64,000 nt of DNA from a plasmid, in the sequence record NZ_CP024426.1. One strand, written 5' to 3'. The notes beneath the pieces were generated by a model, which worked only from the letters and a program-made list of their open reading frames with translations, made no database searches and was not told where the DNA came from. This document shows, in pieces, positions 10,101-18,747 of this stretch. Positions within the stretch are counted from its first letter, which is position 1, and each line of letters opens with the position of its first letter. A program made the position numbers and the translations under genes.

Positions 10101-13092
10101 CGACTACCCCGACGAAGGGCTGGCCGACATGCCGCTCGACGCGCTGGACCTGCAATGGCGCGAGGCGCAGGGCAAGTCCTGGCCCTTTGCGGGCATGGCG
10201 CAGAAAAAGCTGCGCCGGATCCTGCAAAGCTACGCCCGCTCGGGCGAGGCGGACCCGGCGCGCGACCTGCCCGCGCTGCGCCAGCTTCAGCGCGCCAGAC
10301 GCGACATCGACGGGTCGGACCTGCGCGGGGTGCCGGGCTTTGCGCAGGAACGCTCGGACCCGGCCCGCATCCGGCAAGAGCTTGAGGCCGCGCAAGGCTT
10401 TCTGGGTCTGGAACGCCACCTGCGGGCGGCCGGACTGCCGGCGTCGGTCCTGGGCGCGCAGCGGGCGGAACTGGCCCGCGCCTCGGGCGGAGAGATGGCG
10501 GGCCTGCTGCGGGCGCTGCGCGACGCCGACCGCGCGACCGAAACGGCGCGCGCGGATTTCGCCGAGCTGGGCGGCGCCCTGCCCCCGCAGGCCGAGGCGC
10601 TGCTGGCCGATCTGGAACCCCTGCAGCACCATTTCAGCGACTGGCTGAAATGGCGCGCGTGTCGCGCCGAGGCCATCGCCGCCGGGCTGGAGCCGCTGGT
10701 CCGCGCCATCGAGGACGGCGCCGCGCTTGCCGACACCGCCTGCGCCTTCGAACAGGCCTACATGGCCTGGTGGCTGCGCCTGGCGATGGACGCCGAGCCC
10801 TGCCTGCGCGGCTTTGCCCATTGGGAGCACGACGCCCTGATCCGCCGGTTCCGCGACCTGGACGACACCTTGGCCAACCTCGCCTCGGCCGAGGTGATGC
10901 GCCGCTTGGGCAACGACCTGCCCGCGCGTGACAGCGTCCCGCGCAATTCGGAACTGGGCATCCTGCGCCAGCAACTGGGGCTGCAGCGCCCCTCGCGCGC
11001 GATCCGCAGCCTGATCGCCGACATGCCGACGACCTTTGCCCGGCTTGCGCCCTGCGTGCTGATGTCGCCCCTGTCGGTCGCGCAATACCTGCCCGCGGGC
11101 CAGGCGCAGTTCGACCTGGTCATCTTTGACGAGGCCTCGCAGATCTCGACCTGGGATGCCATCGGCGCCATCGCCCGCGGCCGGCAGGCGATCATCGTGG
11201 GCGACCCCAGGCAGTTGCCGCCCACGAACTTCTTCGGGCGCAGCGACGAGGGCGTCGAGGAGGGTGCGGCCCTGGCCGACCATGAAAGGGACATGCCCTC
11301 GATCCTGGACGAGGCGGCGGCGGCGGGCATCCCGACCCACCGCCTGAACTGGCACTATCGCAGCCGGGACGAGGCGCTGATCGCCTTTTCCAACCACTTC
11401 TACTATGACGGGGGGCTTGTCACCTTCCCCTCGCCCGGCGGCGCGGGCGACGCGGTGCGGCTGCACAGGATCGCCGGCACCTATCAGCGCAGCAAGGGTG
11501 CGACCAACCCTGACGAGGCCCGCGCCATCGCGGCCTTCATCCGCAACCGCCTGACGGGCTGGCTGGCCCTGCCCGAAGCGGCGCGCCCGACGCTGGGGGT
11601 CATCACCTTCAACGCCCAGCAGCAGGGGCTGATCCTTGACCTGCTGGACGCCGAGCGCAAGGCCGACCCGGCCCTGGAATGGTTCTTCGCCGACGAGCGC
11701 GAGGAGCCCGTGATCGTCAAGAACCTGGAAAACATCCAGGGCGACGAACGCGACGTGATGCTGTTTTCCGTCACCTTCGGCCCCGACCAGGCCGGCAAGT
11801 TCACCATGAACTTCGGTGCGATGAACAAGGACGGGGGCGAGCGGCGGCTGAACGTGGCGGTGACGCGCGCCCGGGCGGAACTGCATGTCTTCGCCTCCTT
11901 CGGCGCTGACCAGATCGACCTGGGCCGCACCCGCGCGCGGGGCGTGGCCGATCTCAAGGCCTTCCTGGACTTTGCCGAACGCGGGCCGGTGGCGCTGGCC
12001 GCACAGGACAGCGGCTCGGTCGGTCCCGCCGAGTCCCCGTTCGAGGAGGCGGTCCGCGATGCCCTGGCCGCGAAGGGCTGGCAGGTGCAGACCCAGATCG
12101 GCGTCTCGGGCTTTCGCATCGACCTGGGCGTGCGCCATCCCGACCATGCCGGCGTCTGGCTGGCCGGGGTGGAATGCGACGGGGCACGCTATCATTCATC
12201 GGCCACGGCGCGCGACCGCGACCGCATCCGTCAGGCCGTGCTGGAGGGATTGGGCTGGTCCATCCTGCGCGTCTGGTCCACCGACTGGTTCCGCACCCCG
12301 CAGGCCACGGCAGACCGCATCGACACCCGGCTGCGCGAGATCCTGGAGGCCGACCGCGCCCGCCGGGCCGAGGCGGCGCCCGAGGTCGCGGTCGACCTGC
12401 CCGCCCAGCCCGACCTGCCCGCCCAGCCCGACCTGCCAGACCTGCCCGACCTGCCAGACCTTCCCGGCACGGATGAGGGCCCGGCCGACAGCGTGCCCGG
12501 ACCGGACGCAGGCCACCCCGCGCCGCCCGCCGACGACGCGTTGCCCGCGACCGATGTCCCCCCTTTGTCCACGCCCCGGCCCGACCCCGAGCGGTTCTTC
12601 GACGCGGATTACACGGCGGACCTGCGGGCGATGATGCGGGACATCGTCGCGGCCGACGGACCCATGCCCGACGCAGCCCTGGCCCGCAGGATCGCCCAGG
12701 CGCATGGCTGGCAGCGGACGGGCGCGCGCATCCAGTCCCGCATCGCGGCGCTGCACGGCGACTTCGACCGGACCGAGGAAGCCGGGGTCCGCTTTCTGTG
12801 GACCCGCGGCGCCGTTCGCGACCGGCTGCCGTTTCGCGGTCTTGGCGAACGGGCGCTGCGCGAGGTGTCGCGGGCCGAGATCGCCGAGGTGGTGGACCGG
12901 AATGCCGACCGGATCGCCGCCGCCCCGGATCCCGACCTGGAGCTGGCGCGGCTGTTGGGCATCGCCCGGCTCAGCAAGGACGCGCGGGACTATCTGCGGG
13001 ACTGCCGCGCCTGGCGCGACGAAACCACCCTGCCCCGGCCGGGCGGCACGTCAAAGGCCGGGATCAGCCCTGATAGCCTCGGCGGCGCTTGA
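7186..13092 (+). CDS. Giant multidomain protein: transglutaminase-like cysteine-protease fold, DUF4011, Upf1/DNA2-like SF1 helicase, DUF559/Vsr-like restriction-endonuclease fold, DUF3320
   Basis: TGc-like core GLATCLDSTLLLAAAFEAAGLNTAVLFSQGHAWAGVWL; DUF4011-like RWQRKLLDLSLANRLLNF; Walker A LIGPPGTGKSQTITN; helicase motifs DLVIFDEASQ, IVGDPRQLPPT, WHYRSRDEALIAFSN, RLNVAVTRARAELHVFAS; REase-like GFRIDLGV...ECDGARYHSS...RDRIRQAVLEGLGWSILRVWSTDW; DUF3320-like C-terminus. ATG at 7186 is preferred over the TTG at 7072. Confidence 0.85.
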   Translation: MLDEDAPVTPPDAVGVLTLHAVLAAKVNFASAQNGVAIVKQLGIENPGPDPIRDVRLTLSASPGLLRDKTWAIDRIAPGTTVQLADLDTPLDTALLGGLDEAEFGQLEFRLTAQDLPETTSAHRVEMLARDEWGGLAEMDNILAAFVSPNHPAVAQILKEASRLLEAGGYSGALDGYQSGDPLRAWMLAGAIWSAATGLGLSYAVPPASFEQAGQKIRDPGRVLAEGLATCLDSTLLLAAAFEAAGLNTAVLFSQGHAWAGVWLQRKDFGRLVEPDVVAVRKAVAAREFVPMETTLLTRRPAVGFEEAVDAGRDRLSEAREAEFIQAVDINRARAARIRPLASHRPQDEGPDEPGTATPAALPRPLDLGLLPGELVDETPTTAIGRIERWQRKLLDLSLANRLLNFRETRGAVPLICPDISGTEDRLAHGEVFRLLALKDEQAVGGRDLAPEDARRIELDLARDALSRGQIAVPLTARDMVDRLTELYRKARSDLAEGGTNTLFLAVGFLRWKRPGDDSRTHRAPLLLLPARLDRRSAQSEFRLSQLEDEVRINATLLEMLKRDFELRIPELEGELPRDDSGLDIARLLDILRHRVRDVPGFEVVEDCALSTFSFAKYLMWKDLVDRTDSLRESRLVAHLVDSPTEVFAGAAVPMPHPRDIDRKHAPGDLLAPLPADSSQLAAVLAAAEGRDFVLIGPPGTGKSQTITNIIADQLGRGRTVLFVAEKSAALDVVHRRLERHGLGHAVLELHSSKADRKSVLAQLGRSWDRASAANAQDWVRVAEDLRLTRDQLNAYVDALHRPSTQGFSVYQAIGRVAGGTPGFALRFDNKDCHDQAGFQRLRTLAADLGARHRIVAGLDPQGPLSLLDRGEWSFGWQDRYLDSARALRRARAAASEAGQALAARLGLTGADAAHPDIAAALVWLAAQRLDQPAVAPEALALAEAGTGTDAALAALTEALSRAAQARAALAADYPDEGLADMPLDALDLQWREAQGKSWPFAGMAQKKLRRILQSYARSGEADPARDLPALRQLQRARRDIDGSDLRGVPGFAQERSDPARIRQELEAAQGFLGLERHLRAAGLPASVLGAQRAELARASGGEMAGLLRALRDADRATETARADFAELGGALPPQAEALLADLEPLQHHFSDWLKWRACRAEAIAAGLEPLVRAIEDGAALADTACAFEQAYMAWWLRLAMDAEPCLRGFAHWEHDALIRRFRDLDDTLANLASAEVMRRLGNDLPARDSVPRNSELGILRQQLGLQRPSRAIRSLIADMPTTFARLAPCVLMSPLSVAQYLPAGQAQFDLVIFDEASQISTWDAIGAIARGRQAIIVGDPRQLPPTNFFGRSDEGVEEGAALADHERDMPSILDEAAAAGIPTHRLNWHYRSRDEALIAFSNHFYYDGGLVTFPSPGGAGDAVRLHRIAGTYQRSKGATNPDEARAIAAFIRNRLTGWLALPEAARPTLGVITFNAQQQGLILDLLDAERKADPALEWFFADEREEPVIVKNLENIQGDERDVMLFSVTFGPDQAGKFTMNFGAMNKDGGERRLNVAVTRARAELHVFASFGADQIDLGRTRARGVADLKAFLDFAERGPVALAAQDSGSVGPAESPFEEAVRDALAAKGWQVQTQIGVSGFRIDLGVRHPDHAGVWLAGVECDGARYHSSATARDRDRIRQAVLEGLGWSILRVWSTDWFRTPQATADRIDTRLREILEADRARRAEAAPEVAVDLPAQPDLPAQPDLPDLPDLPDLPGTDEGPADSVPGPDAGHPAPPADDALPATDVPPLSTPRPDPERFFDADYTADLRAMMRDIVAADGPMPDAALARRIAQAHGWQRTGARIQSRIAALHGDFDRTEEAGVRFLWTRGAVRDRLPFRGLGERALREVSRAEIAEVVDRNADRIAAAPDPDLELARLLGIARLSKDARDYLRDCRAWRDETTLPRPGGTSKAGISPDSLGGA
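12398..12470 (+). repeat. In-frame tandem hexapeptide/dipeptide repeat (PDLPAQ x2 followed by PDLPDL...) in the helicase linker
   Basis: DNA cccgcccagcccgacctg cccgcccagcccgacctg ccagacctgcccgacctgccagacctt encodes AQPDLPAQPDLPDLPDLPDLPG. Confidence 0.7.
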
Positions 13093-13354
13093 CGCGGGCC
13101 AGGCGCATCAGGGCGGTGATCGCCTCGCCCTCGTCGCGGTGGGGTTCGATCAGCATGTGGCCCCGGGTGCCGATGCGGCCCCATTCGCGGATCAGGCTGG
13201 TGCCGCCGAACAGGTCGCGCTCGACCCTCATGCGGTAATAGCGGTTCATGTTGCGTTCCGCGTCGCAGCGGCGCAACCGAAGCTGGCGGGGAAAGACCTC
13301 GGCCTGGGGATCGTCGCAGTCTGACATGAGGATGCTGCCTGTTCCGCCGGCCAT
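13064..13354 (-). CDS. WGR-domain protein (small nucleic-acid-binding domain protein)
   Basis: Motif RYYRMRVERDLFGGTSLIREWGRIGTRG matches the WGR signature (Y..Q/R..LFG..L...WGRIG). Its 3' end overlaps the helicase gene by about 29 nt (convergent). Confidence 0.7.
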   Translation of the reverse strand: MAGGTGSILMSDCDDPQAEVFPRQLRLRRCDAERNMNRYYRMRVERDLFGGTSLIREWGRIGTRGHMLIEPHRDEGEAITALMRLARVKRRRGYQG

Positions 13355-13393
13355 CCTAGCAGCGAACCGCCCGGGACCAAGCGAAAACCGCGC

Positions 13394-14146
13394 TCAGGGC
13401 GCCTCGATCCGGTCCAGAAGCTGCACGGACAGGCCGTGCGGCCCATCGGCCACCTGCGCCGTCACGCCAAAGCAGCGCGCCAGGTTTGCGGACGTCAGAA
13501 CCTGGCGGGGCAGGCCGTCCGCCATGATCCGGCCCCGGTCCAGCAGCACCAGCCGCGTGCAGTGCCGCCCCGCCAGCCCCAGGTCGTGAAGCGAGGCAAG
13601 GACCGTCCTGCCCGCGTCCGCCAGGCCCCGGAACAGGCGCATGACGCCGATCTGCGCGGCAGGGTCCAGCCCGGCGGTGGGCTCGTCCGCGATCAGCAGG
13701 GGCGTTTCCTGCGCCAGCGCTCGGGCCAGCAGCACGCGCGTCTGTTCGCCCCCCGACAGCGCGGTGGCCGGGCGATGGCGCAGCGCGCCGATCGACAGCG
13801 CCTCCAGCGCACGGTCGACCGCCGCCCGATCCGCCGCCCCGGCGCTGCCCGGATGGGCGATGCGGCCCAGCGAGACCAGCGCCTCGACCGTCATCGGCCA
13901 GGCGATGTCACGCGACTGCGGCATGAAGGCGGCGGCGCGGGCCCGGTCGCGGGGCGGCAGCGTCGCCAGCGAACTGTGCCCGGTCGCCGGCAAAAGCCCC
14001 AGCGCGGCGCGCAGAAGCGTCGTCTTGCCCGCCCCGTTCGGGCCCAGCAGGCCGACGAATTCGCCCGGCCGCAGCACCAGCCCGATGTCCTCGATCACCG
14101 CGCGGGGGCCGCGCCGGCAGGTCAGTCCCGACAGCACCAGCGTCAT
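13394..14146 (-). CDS. btuD: ABC transporter ATP-binding protein, FecE/BtuD/HmuV type
   Basis: Walker A GPNGAGKTTLL, ABC signature LSGGEQ, Walker B LLIADEP; follows the FecCD permease gene in the riboswitch-controlled operon. Confidence 0.8.
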   Translation of the reverse strand: MTLVLSGLTCRRGPRAVIEDIGLVLRPGEFVGLLGPNGAGKTTLLRAALGLLPATGHSSLATLPPRDRARAAAFMPQSRDIAWPMTVEALVSLGRIAHPGSAGAADRAAVDRALEALSIGALRHRPATALSGGEQTRVLLARALAQETPLLIADEPTAGLDPAAQIGVMRLFRGLADAGRTVLASLHDLGLAGRHCTRLVLLDRGRIMADGLPRQVLTSANLARCFGVTAQVADGPHGLSVQLLDRIEAP

Positions 14147-15135
14147 GGCGCCCGCCCCCGGGTGGCCAGCACCAGATGCAGGAAAAAGGGTGCCCCCACC
14201 AGCGCCGTCAGCACCCCAAGCTTGAGGTCGCGCCCCGGCAGGACCAGCCGCACCGCGATATCGGCGGCCAGCACCATGGCCGCGCCCCCCAGGGCCGAGG
14301 CCGCCAGCAGCCGCCCCGGCCGCGCGCCGACGGCGCGGCGCAGCACATGCGGGACGACCAGGCCGACAAAGCCGATGGCTCCCGCCACCGCCGTCGCGCC
14401 CCCGACCAGCGCAGCGCTGCCCAGGACCAGGCGCAGCCGCAGCCGGCGCATGTCGATCCCCAGCGCGGCGGCCCCGTCCTCGCCCAGGGTCAGCGCGTCC
14501 AGGCCCCGGCCGCAGGGCAGGACCAGCGCCGCGCCCAGCCCGATCAGCGGCGCCGCGATCCAGACATGCAGCATCGAACGGTCCGCCAGCGAGCCCATCA
14601 TCCAGAACAGGATCTCGCTGACGGCAAAGGGATTCGGCGACAGGTTCAGCACCAGCGAGGTCGCGGCCCCCGCCAGCGCCGCAATGGCGATCCCCGCCAG
14701 GATCAGCGCCAGCGTGCCGCCGCGCGGCCCGGCCAGCACCAGCACCAGCCCGACCGACAGCATCGCGCCCGCCAGCGCCATCAGCGGCAGCGCCAGCGGA
14801 AAGGCGGCGGCGATCCCCAGGTGGATCGCCAGCACCGCCCCCAGCGCCGCCGAGGCCGAGGTGCCGATCAGCCCGGGCTCGGCCAGGGGGTTGCGCAACA
14901 GCCCCTGCATCGCCGCCCCCGACAGCCCCAGCGCCGCCCCGACCATCAGGCCAAGGGCGGCGCGGGGCAGCCGGATCTCGCGCAGGACCAGCCCCAGCAT
15001 CGCGTCGCCCCGCCCGGTCAGGGCGGCGAACGAGGGGCCGATCCCCAGGGGACCGATCAGCAGCGAGGCCAGAAACAGCGCCGCAACCAGCCCGCCCAGG
15101 CCCGCCAGAAGCAGGGGATAGCCGCGCCCCGTCAT
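14143..15135 (-). CDS. btuC: FecCD-family ABC permease (cobalamin/siderophore type)
   Basis: About 330 aa, roughly 9 TM segments, FecCD family; start MTGRGYPLLLAG at the complement of 15133-15135; 4-nt overlap with the ATPase gene. Confidence 0.8.
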   Translation of the reverse strand: MTGRGYPLLLAGLGGLVAALFLASLLIGPLGIGPSFAALTGRGDAMLGLVLREIRLPRAALGLMVGAALGLSGAAMQGLLRNPLAEPGLIGTSASAALGAVLAIHLGIAAAFPLALPLMALAGAMLSVGLVLVLAGPRGGTLALILAGIAIAALAGAATSLVLNLSPNPFAVSEILFWMMGSLADRSMLHVWIAAPLIGLGAALVLPCGRGLDALTLGEDGAAALGIDMRRLRLRLVLGSAALVGGATAVAGAIGFVGLVVPHVLRRAVGARPGRLLAASALGGAAMVLAADIAVRLVLPGRDLKLGVLTALVGAPFFLHLVLATRGRAP

Positions 15136-15193
15136 GACCGGGCGGCGCGGCGACGGCAGCCCAGGCCGCGGGCGGGCGTGCAGGGCCCCCCGC

Positions 15194-17122
15194 CTACCAT
15201 CGGGCCTGCAATCCGGCATAGGCGGTGCGGCCCTGCGTGGCATAGCCCCAGACCTCGGAGTAATCGCGGTCGAACAGGTTCACCACCCGGCCCGTCAGGC
15301 GGATGTTGTCGGTCAGGTCATAGCCGGCGGCAAGGTTCACCACGGTAAAGGACGGCATCTCGCGCGTCTGGTCGTTCCAGAACTGCGTGTCGAAATTGCC
15401 CGAGACATGGCGCAGGTCGGCGGTCAGCGATCCGCGCCCGTCCAGCACGGCCAGCGTGGCCGACAGGCCCAGTTCGTGCCGGGGCCGACGGATCTCGACC
15501 GCGCCATCGGGGTCCTTGGCGTCGAGGTAGGTATAGTTCAGCGCCAGGTCCAGGTTCCGGGTGGCATTGACGCGGGCGGCCAGTTCGACGCCTTCGCGCG
15601 GGCTTTCGCCGGGCTGGTTGACATAGGTGCCGCGCCAGTCCGGCGCCGTGCCGCCGACATAGGTGATCTCGTCCTCGAGCGTTTCGCGGAAATAGGTCAG
15701 ATCGACGCTGCCGCGCCCGTCCGGCAGGGACAGTTCGACCCCCAGGTCGAAGCCGCGGTTCTTTTCGGGCCGCAGATAGGGATTGCCCCGCGTATAGCCG
15801 TCATCGGCGTAAAGCTCGTAATAGGACGGGTTGACCAGCCCGGTCCCGGCCGAGGCGTGCAGCCGGAAGGGCCGGTCCGGCACCTGCCAGGACAGCGCCA
15901 GGGTCCAGCTGGTGAAATCGTCGAAGACGCGGTTGTCGTCGTGGCGAACGCCGGCCTGCAGGTTCAGTCCGTTGTCCAGGAAGCCGCGATATTCCAGCGC
16001 CAGCGAGGTCATCTCACGGCGATAATCCGGCGCGGCGGTGGAGCTGTCCTCCTGCCGCTCGGCCAGCAGGCCCAGGATATGGGCCGCATCCTCGACCGGC
16101 CGGCCATCCAGTCCCAGGCTGCCCCGGTACTTCAGCTTGCGCGTCTTGCCGGTGGTCCAGCCGCCGCCTTCGTTGTTCTGCTTGAAGACCGAGTCCTGAT
16201 AGTCCAGCCGATGGGTCAGCCGGCCGTCCAGGCTGGCGAATTCGGCCCATAGCGCGCCCTGGCGCTCGTCGCGCTTGCCAAACAGCGCGGGGTCGTCGTT
16301 CACATAGCCTTCGGGGCCGGTGACGGGGTTGCCCCCGGCATCGACATAGCCGCCGGTCAGAAAGTCGTAGGTGGCCAGCGCGTCGCTGTCGTACCGCTCC
16401 CACGACCGACGCAGGGTGGCGCCCAGGCGCAGCGCGTCGGTCGCCTGGACCCAACCCGAAAGGCCCAGCGTCTTGCGATGGATGCCGTCCTTTTCGCCGC
16501 CGTCGCCCGACAGGTCGAAACCGTGGTCGTCGCGCGCCGACAGGTTCAGCGCCAGGCCGCCCCGCTCGCCGTTGCGGCTGACATGGGCCGAGGCGGCCGC
16601 GCCGTTGCCAAGCTCGACCCCGCCGCCGTAATGCAGGCCCGGCTCGCCCCCGCGGGTGATGATGTTGATGACCCCGGCCGAGGCGTTCGAGCCGTAATAG
16701 ACCGACTGCGGGCCGCGCAGCACCTCGATGCGGTCGATGTTGGCGGTTTCCAGCCCGGTCAGGACGTATTCGTCGCCGCCGCCCGCCACTTCGATCCCGT
16801 CGATCAGGATCAGGCTGTGGCTGGCCTCGGCCCCGCGGATGCGGACCTGGGTGAAGCTTGTCCCCGCGCTCGAGACCGAGACGCCGGGCACGGCGCGCAG
16901 CGCGTCCTGGACGGTCGCGATGCCGCGGGCCTCGATCTCGGCGGCGGTCAGCACGGTCGCCGCGCGGCCATAGGCGTCGGCGGCCTGGGGCGCAAAGCCG
17001 GCCGACAGGATCACGGGGTCCAGCGTCACCGCGTCCTGCGCGGAACCGGCGGCGGGCAGCAGGGCGGCGGCCGACAGGGTGGCCAGCGCGATCAGCGGGG
17101 TTCGTTTGGGGTGCATGTCCAA
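15194..17122 (-). CDS. btuB: TonB-dependent outer-membrane receptor, BtuB-like
   Basis: Signal peptide; TonB box region DPVILSA; plug domain IEVLRGPQSVYYGSNASAGVINIITR; C-terminal ...YAGLQARW aromatic end; a cobalamin riboswitch lies immediately upstream. Confidence 0.85.
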   Translation of the reverse strand: MDMHPKRTPLIALATLSAAALLPAAGSAQDAVTLDPVILSAGFAPQAADAYGRAATVLTAAEIEARGIATVQDALRAVPGVSVSSAGTSFTQVRIRGAEASHSLILIDGIEVAGGGDEYVLTGLETANIDRIEVLRGPQSVYYGSNASAGVINIITRGGEPGLHYGGGVELGNGAAASAHVSRNGERGGLALNLSARDDHGFDLSGDGGEKDGIHRKTLGLSGWVQATDALRLGATLRRSWERYDSDALATYDFLTGGYVDAGGNPVTGPEGYVNDDPALFGKRDERQGALWAEFASLDGRLTHRLDYQDSVFKQNNEGGGWTTGKTRKLKYRGSLGLDGRPVEDAAHILGLLAERQEDSSTAAPDYRREMTSLALEYRGFLDNGLNLQAGVRHDDNRVFDDFTSWTLALSWQVPDRPFRLHASAGTGLVNPSYYELYADDGYTRGNPYLRPEKNRGFDLGVELSLPDGRGSVDLTYFRETLEDEITYVGGTAPDWRGTYVNQPGESPREGVELAARVNATRNLDLALNYTYLDAKDPDGAVEIRRPRHELGLSATLAVLDGRGSLTADLRHVSGNFDTQFWNDQTREMPSFTVVNLAAGYDLTDNIRLTGRVVNLFDRDYSEVWGYATQGRTAYAGLQARW

Positions 17123-17249
17123 GGGCCTTCCGGGTGGCAGGCAGGGCCTGCCGGTTGCAGAAATGTCCTGGAACCGGGGACAGGCGGGCCCCCGCAGGAC
17201 GGCTCCTCACCTCTGCGGATAGGCCGCTATCCGGGCGCGCCCCGCGGCC

Positions 17250-17400
17250 CGAAATGGGTGATCGCCTTGGCAGGTCTCCTGGCTTGCGGATCATCGCTCG
17301 GGCCGGCCTTCCCGGGACGGATCCCAGTGGCGTCGTCGGCCGTCGCTCTCCGCCCACAGTTGCGGGGGCAGCCCCGGATTGGCCGCAGGCGGCCCGCCGG
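17250..17400 (-). promoter_or_regulatory. Cobalamin (B12) riboswitch in the btuB leader
   Basis: Minus strand reads ...GGCCAATCCGGGGCTGCCCCCGCAACTGTGGGCGGAGAGCGACGGCCGACGACGCCACTGGGATCCGTCCCGGGAAGGCCGGCCCGAGCGATGATCCGCAAGCCAGGAGACCTGCCAAGG. It contains the conserved AATCCGG, GCTGCCCCCGCAACTGT, GCCACTG and B12-box GCCAGGAGACCTGCC elements, about 130 nt upstream of the btuB start. Confidence 0.75.
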
Positions 17401-17533
17401 GTTCCCTTTTCATCCGGCCTTGCGGGCCGGAACCAAAGCGCGCACCTGTTCGCGCAACTGCCCCCGGCCTGTCAAGCGCCAAGCGCAAGCCCGGGGCGGG
17501 CGGTTGCGGGACCGGGGCGAAAAGGCCCCGGTG

Positions 17534-17800
17534 TCAGGGCTGGCGGGACAGCCGCTCGACCGCCTCGGCGGTGCGGCGGGTGTTGTTGTAGATGCCCAGG
17601 CCCAGATAGACCATGCCGCCCATCAGCAGCAGATAGATCGCGCCCATGATCCAGGCCAGAAGCCCCTGCAGGACGCCCCCCGTCGGGGACAGCATCACCG
17701 CGATGCCCCCGGCGAAGACGCCGATCGCGCCCAGGACGATCACCACATTGATGATCCGTTCCATCCACAAAATGAAGAAGTCGCGCATGATCGCCCCCAT
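17534..17800 (-). CDS. Small integral membrane protein (DUF4282-like)
   Basis: Two hydrophobic helices (IINVVIVLGAIGVFAGGIAVML; LLAWIMGAIYLLLMGGMVYLGLGIY); alternative start MRDFF at 17788. Confidence 0.5.
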   Translation of the reverse strand: MGAIMRDFFILWMERIINVVIVLGAIGVFAGGIAVMLSPTGGVLQGLLAWIMGAIYLLLMGGMVYLGLGIYNNTRRTAEAVERLSRQP

Positions 17801-17976
17801 GCCGTTGCCGGCCGATGCTGGCACGACCTTCGGCGGCGCGCAACCGCAGGATGCAGCCCCGGGCCGCCGTGCCCTGTCCCTTCACCGTTATGATGCATGG
17901 CATTCCTGGTCGAACTCCTGAATGGTGTGGTTCGGCGGCCAGGATGGCGCCGGACGCAAAGAAGGGGGAAACGGCC

Positions 17977-18747
17977 ATGTGGGAACAGATCAGGATCGGC
18001 GATCTCGACGGCAAGCGGGTGCTGGTGACGGGCGGCTCGACCGGGATCGGGGCGGCGGTGGCGGCGGCGCTGGCTGCGCAGGGCGCCCGCGTCGCGGTCC
18101 ATTACAACGAAAGCGGCACGGCCGCGCAGGCGGTTCAGGCCCAGGCGCCCGGGCGCATCGTGCTGGTGCAGGGCGACATGGGCAGCGGCGGCACCGCGCA
18201 GCGCGTGGTCGATGAGGCGGCGGAGGCCCTGGGCGGGCTGGACGGGCTGATCAACAACGCGGGCGGCATGTTGGGCCGGGTGCCCACCACCGAAGCCACG
18301 CCCGAGCATTTCGACCGCGTGCTGGACCTGAACGCCAAGTCCGTCTGGCAGGCGACCGCGGCCGCCCACCCGCATCTGAAGGCGGCGGGTGGCGGCTTCG
18401 TCATCAACACGACCTCGGTCGCGGCGCGCAACGGCGGCGGAGGCGGCGCGGTGCTTTACGCCGCTGCCAAGGGCTTCGTCAGCACGCTGACGCGCGGCCA
18501 GGCCAAGGAATTCGTGGCCGACGGCATCCGGGTCAACGCCGTGGCGCCCGGCCTGATCCAGACCCCGTTCCACGACCGCTATACCTCGCCGCAGGCGATG
18601 GCCGCGCAGCGCGCCACCATCCCGATGGGCCGCGAAGGCACGGCCGAGGAATGCGTCGGCGCCTTCCTGTTCCTCGCCTCGGGGATCCTGTCGGGCTATG
18701 TCACCGGCCAGGTGATCGAGGTGAACGGCGGCCAATTGATGCCGTAA
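17977..18747 (+). CDS. SDR-family oxidoreductase
   Basis: TGGSTGIGAAVA NAD(P)-binding motif, NNAG, catalytic Y..AAK (YAAAKGFV); RBS GAAGGGGGA upstream of the ATG at 17977. Confidence 0.85.
   Translation: MWEQIRIGDLDGKRVLVTGGSTGIGAAVAAALAAQGARVAVHYNESGTAAQAVQAQAPGRIVLVQGDMGSGGTAQRVVDEAAEALGGLDGLINNAGGMLGRVPTTEATPEHFDRVLDLNAKSVWQATAAAHPHLKAAGGGFVINTTSVAARNGGGGGAVLYAAAKGFVSTLTRGQAKEFVADGIRVNAVAPGLIQTPFHDRYTSPQAMAAQRATIPMGREGTAEECVGAFLFLASGILSGYVTGQVIEVNGGQLMP

Noticed and set aside
7165-12195. 1676-aa minus-strand ORF
   Set aside because: It is entirely antisense to the helicase gene, which has complete conserved motifs. It has Arg/Gly/Gln-rich artefact composition.
12398-12470. Possible CRISPR-like repeats
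   Set aside because: The repeats are contiguous 18-nt tandem units with no spacers, and they are in-frame inside a coding region. This is not a CRISPR array.
17500-17533. Hairpin ccggggcgaaaaggccccgg downstream of the small membrane protein gene as a terminator
   Set aside because: There is no T-tract on the relevant (minus) strand, so it is not called. It may still be a weak structure.
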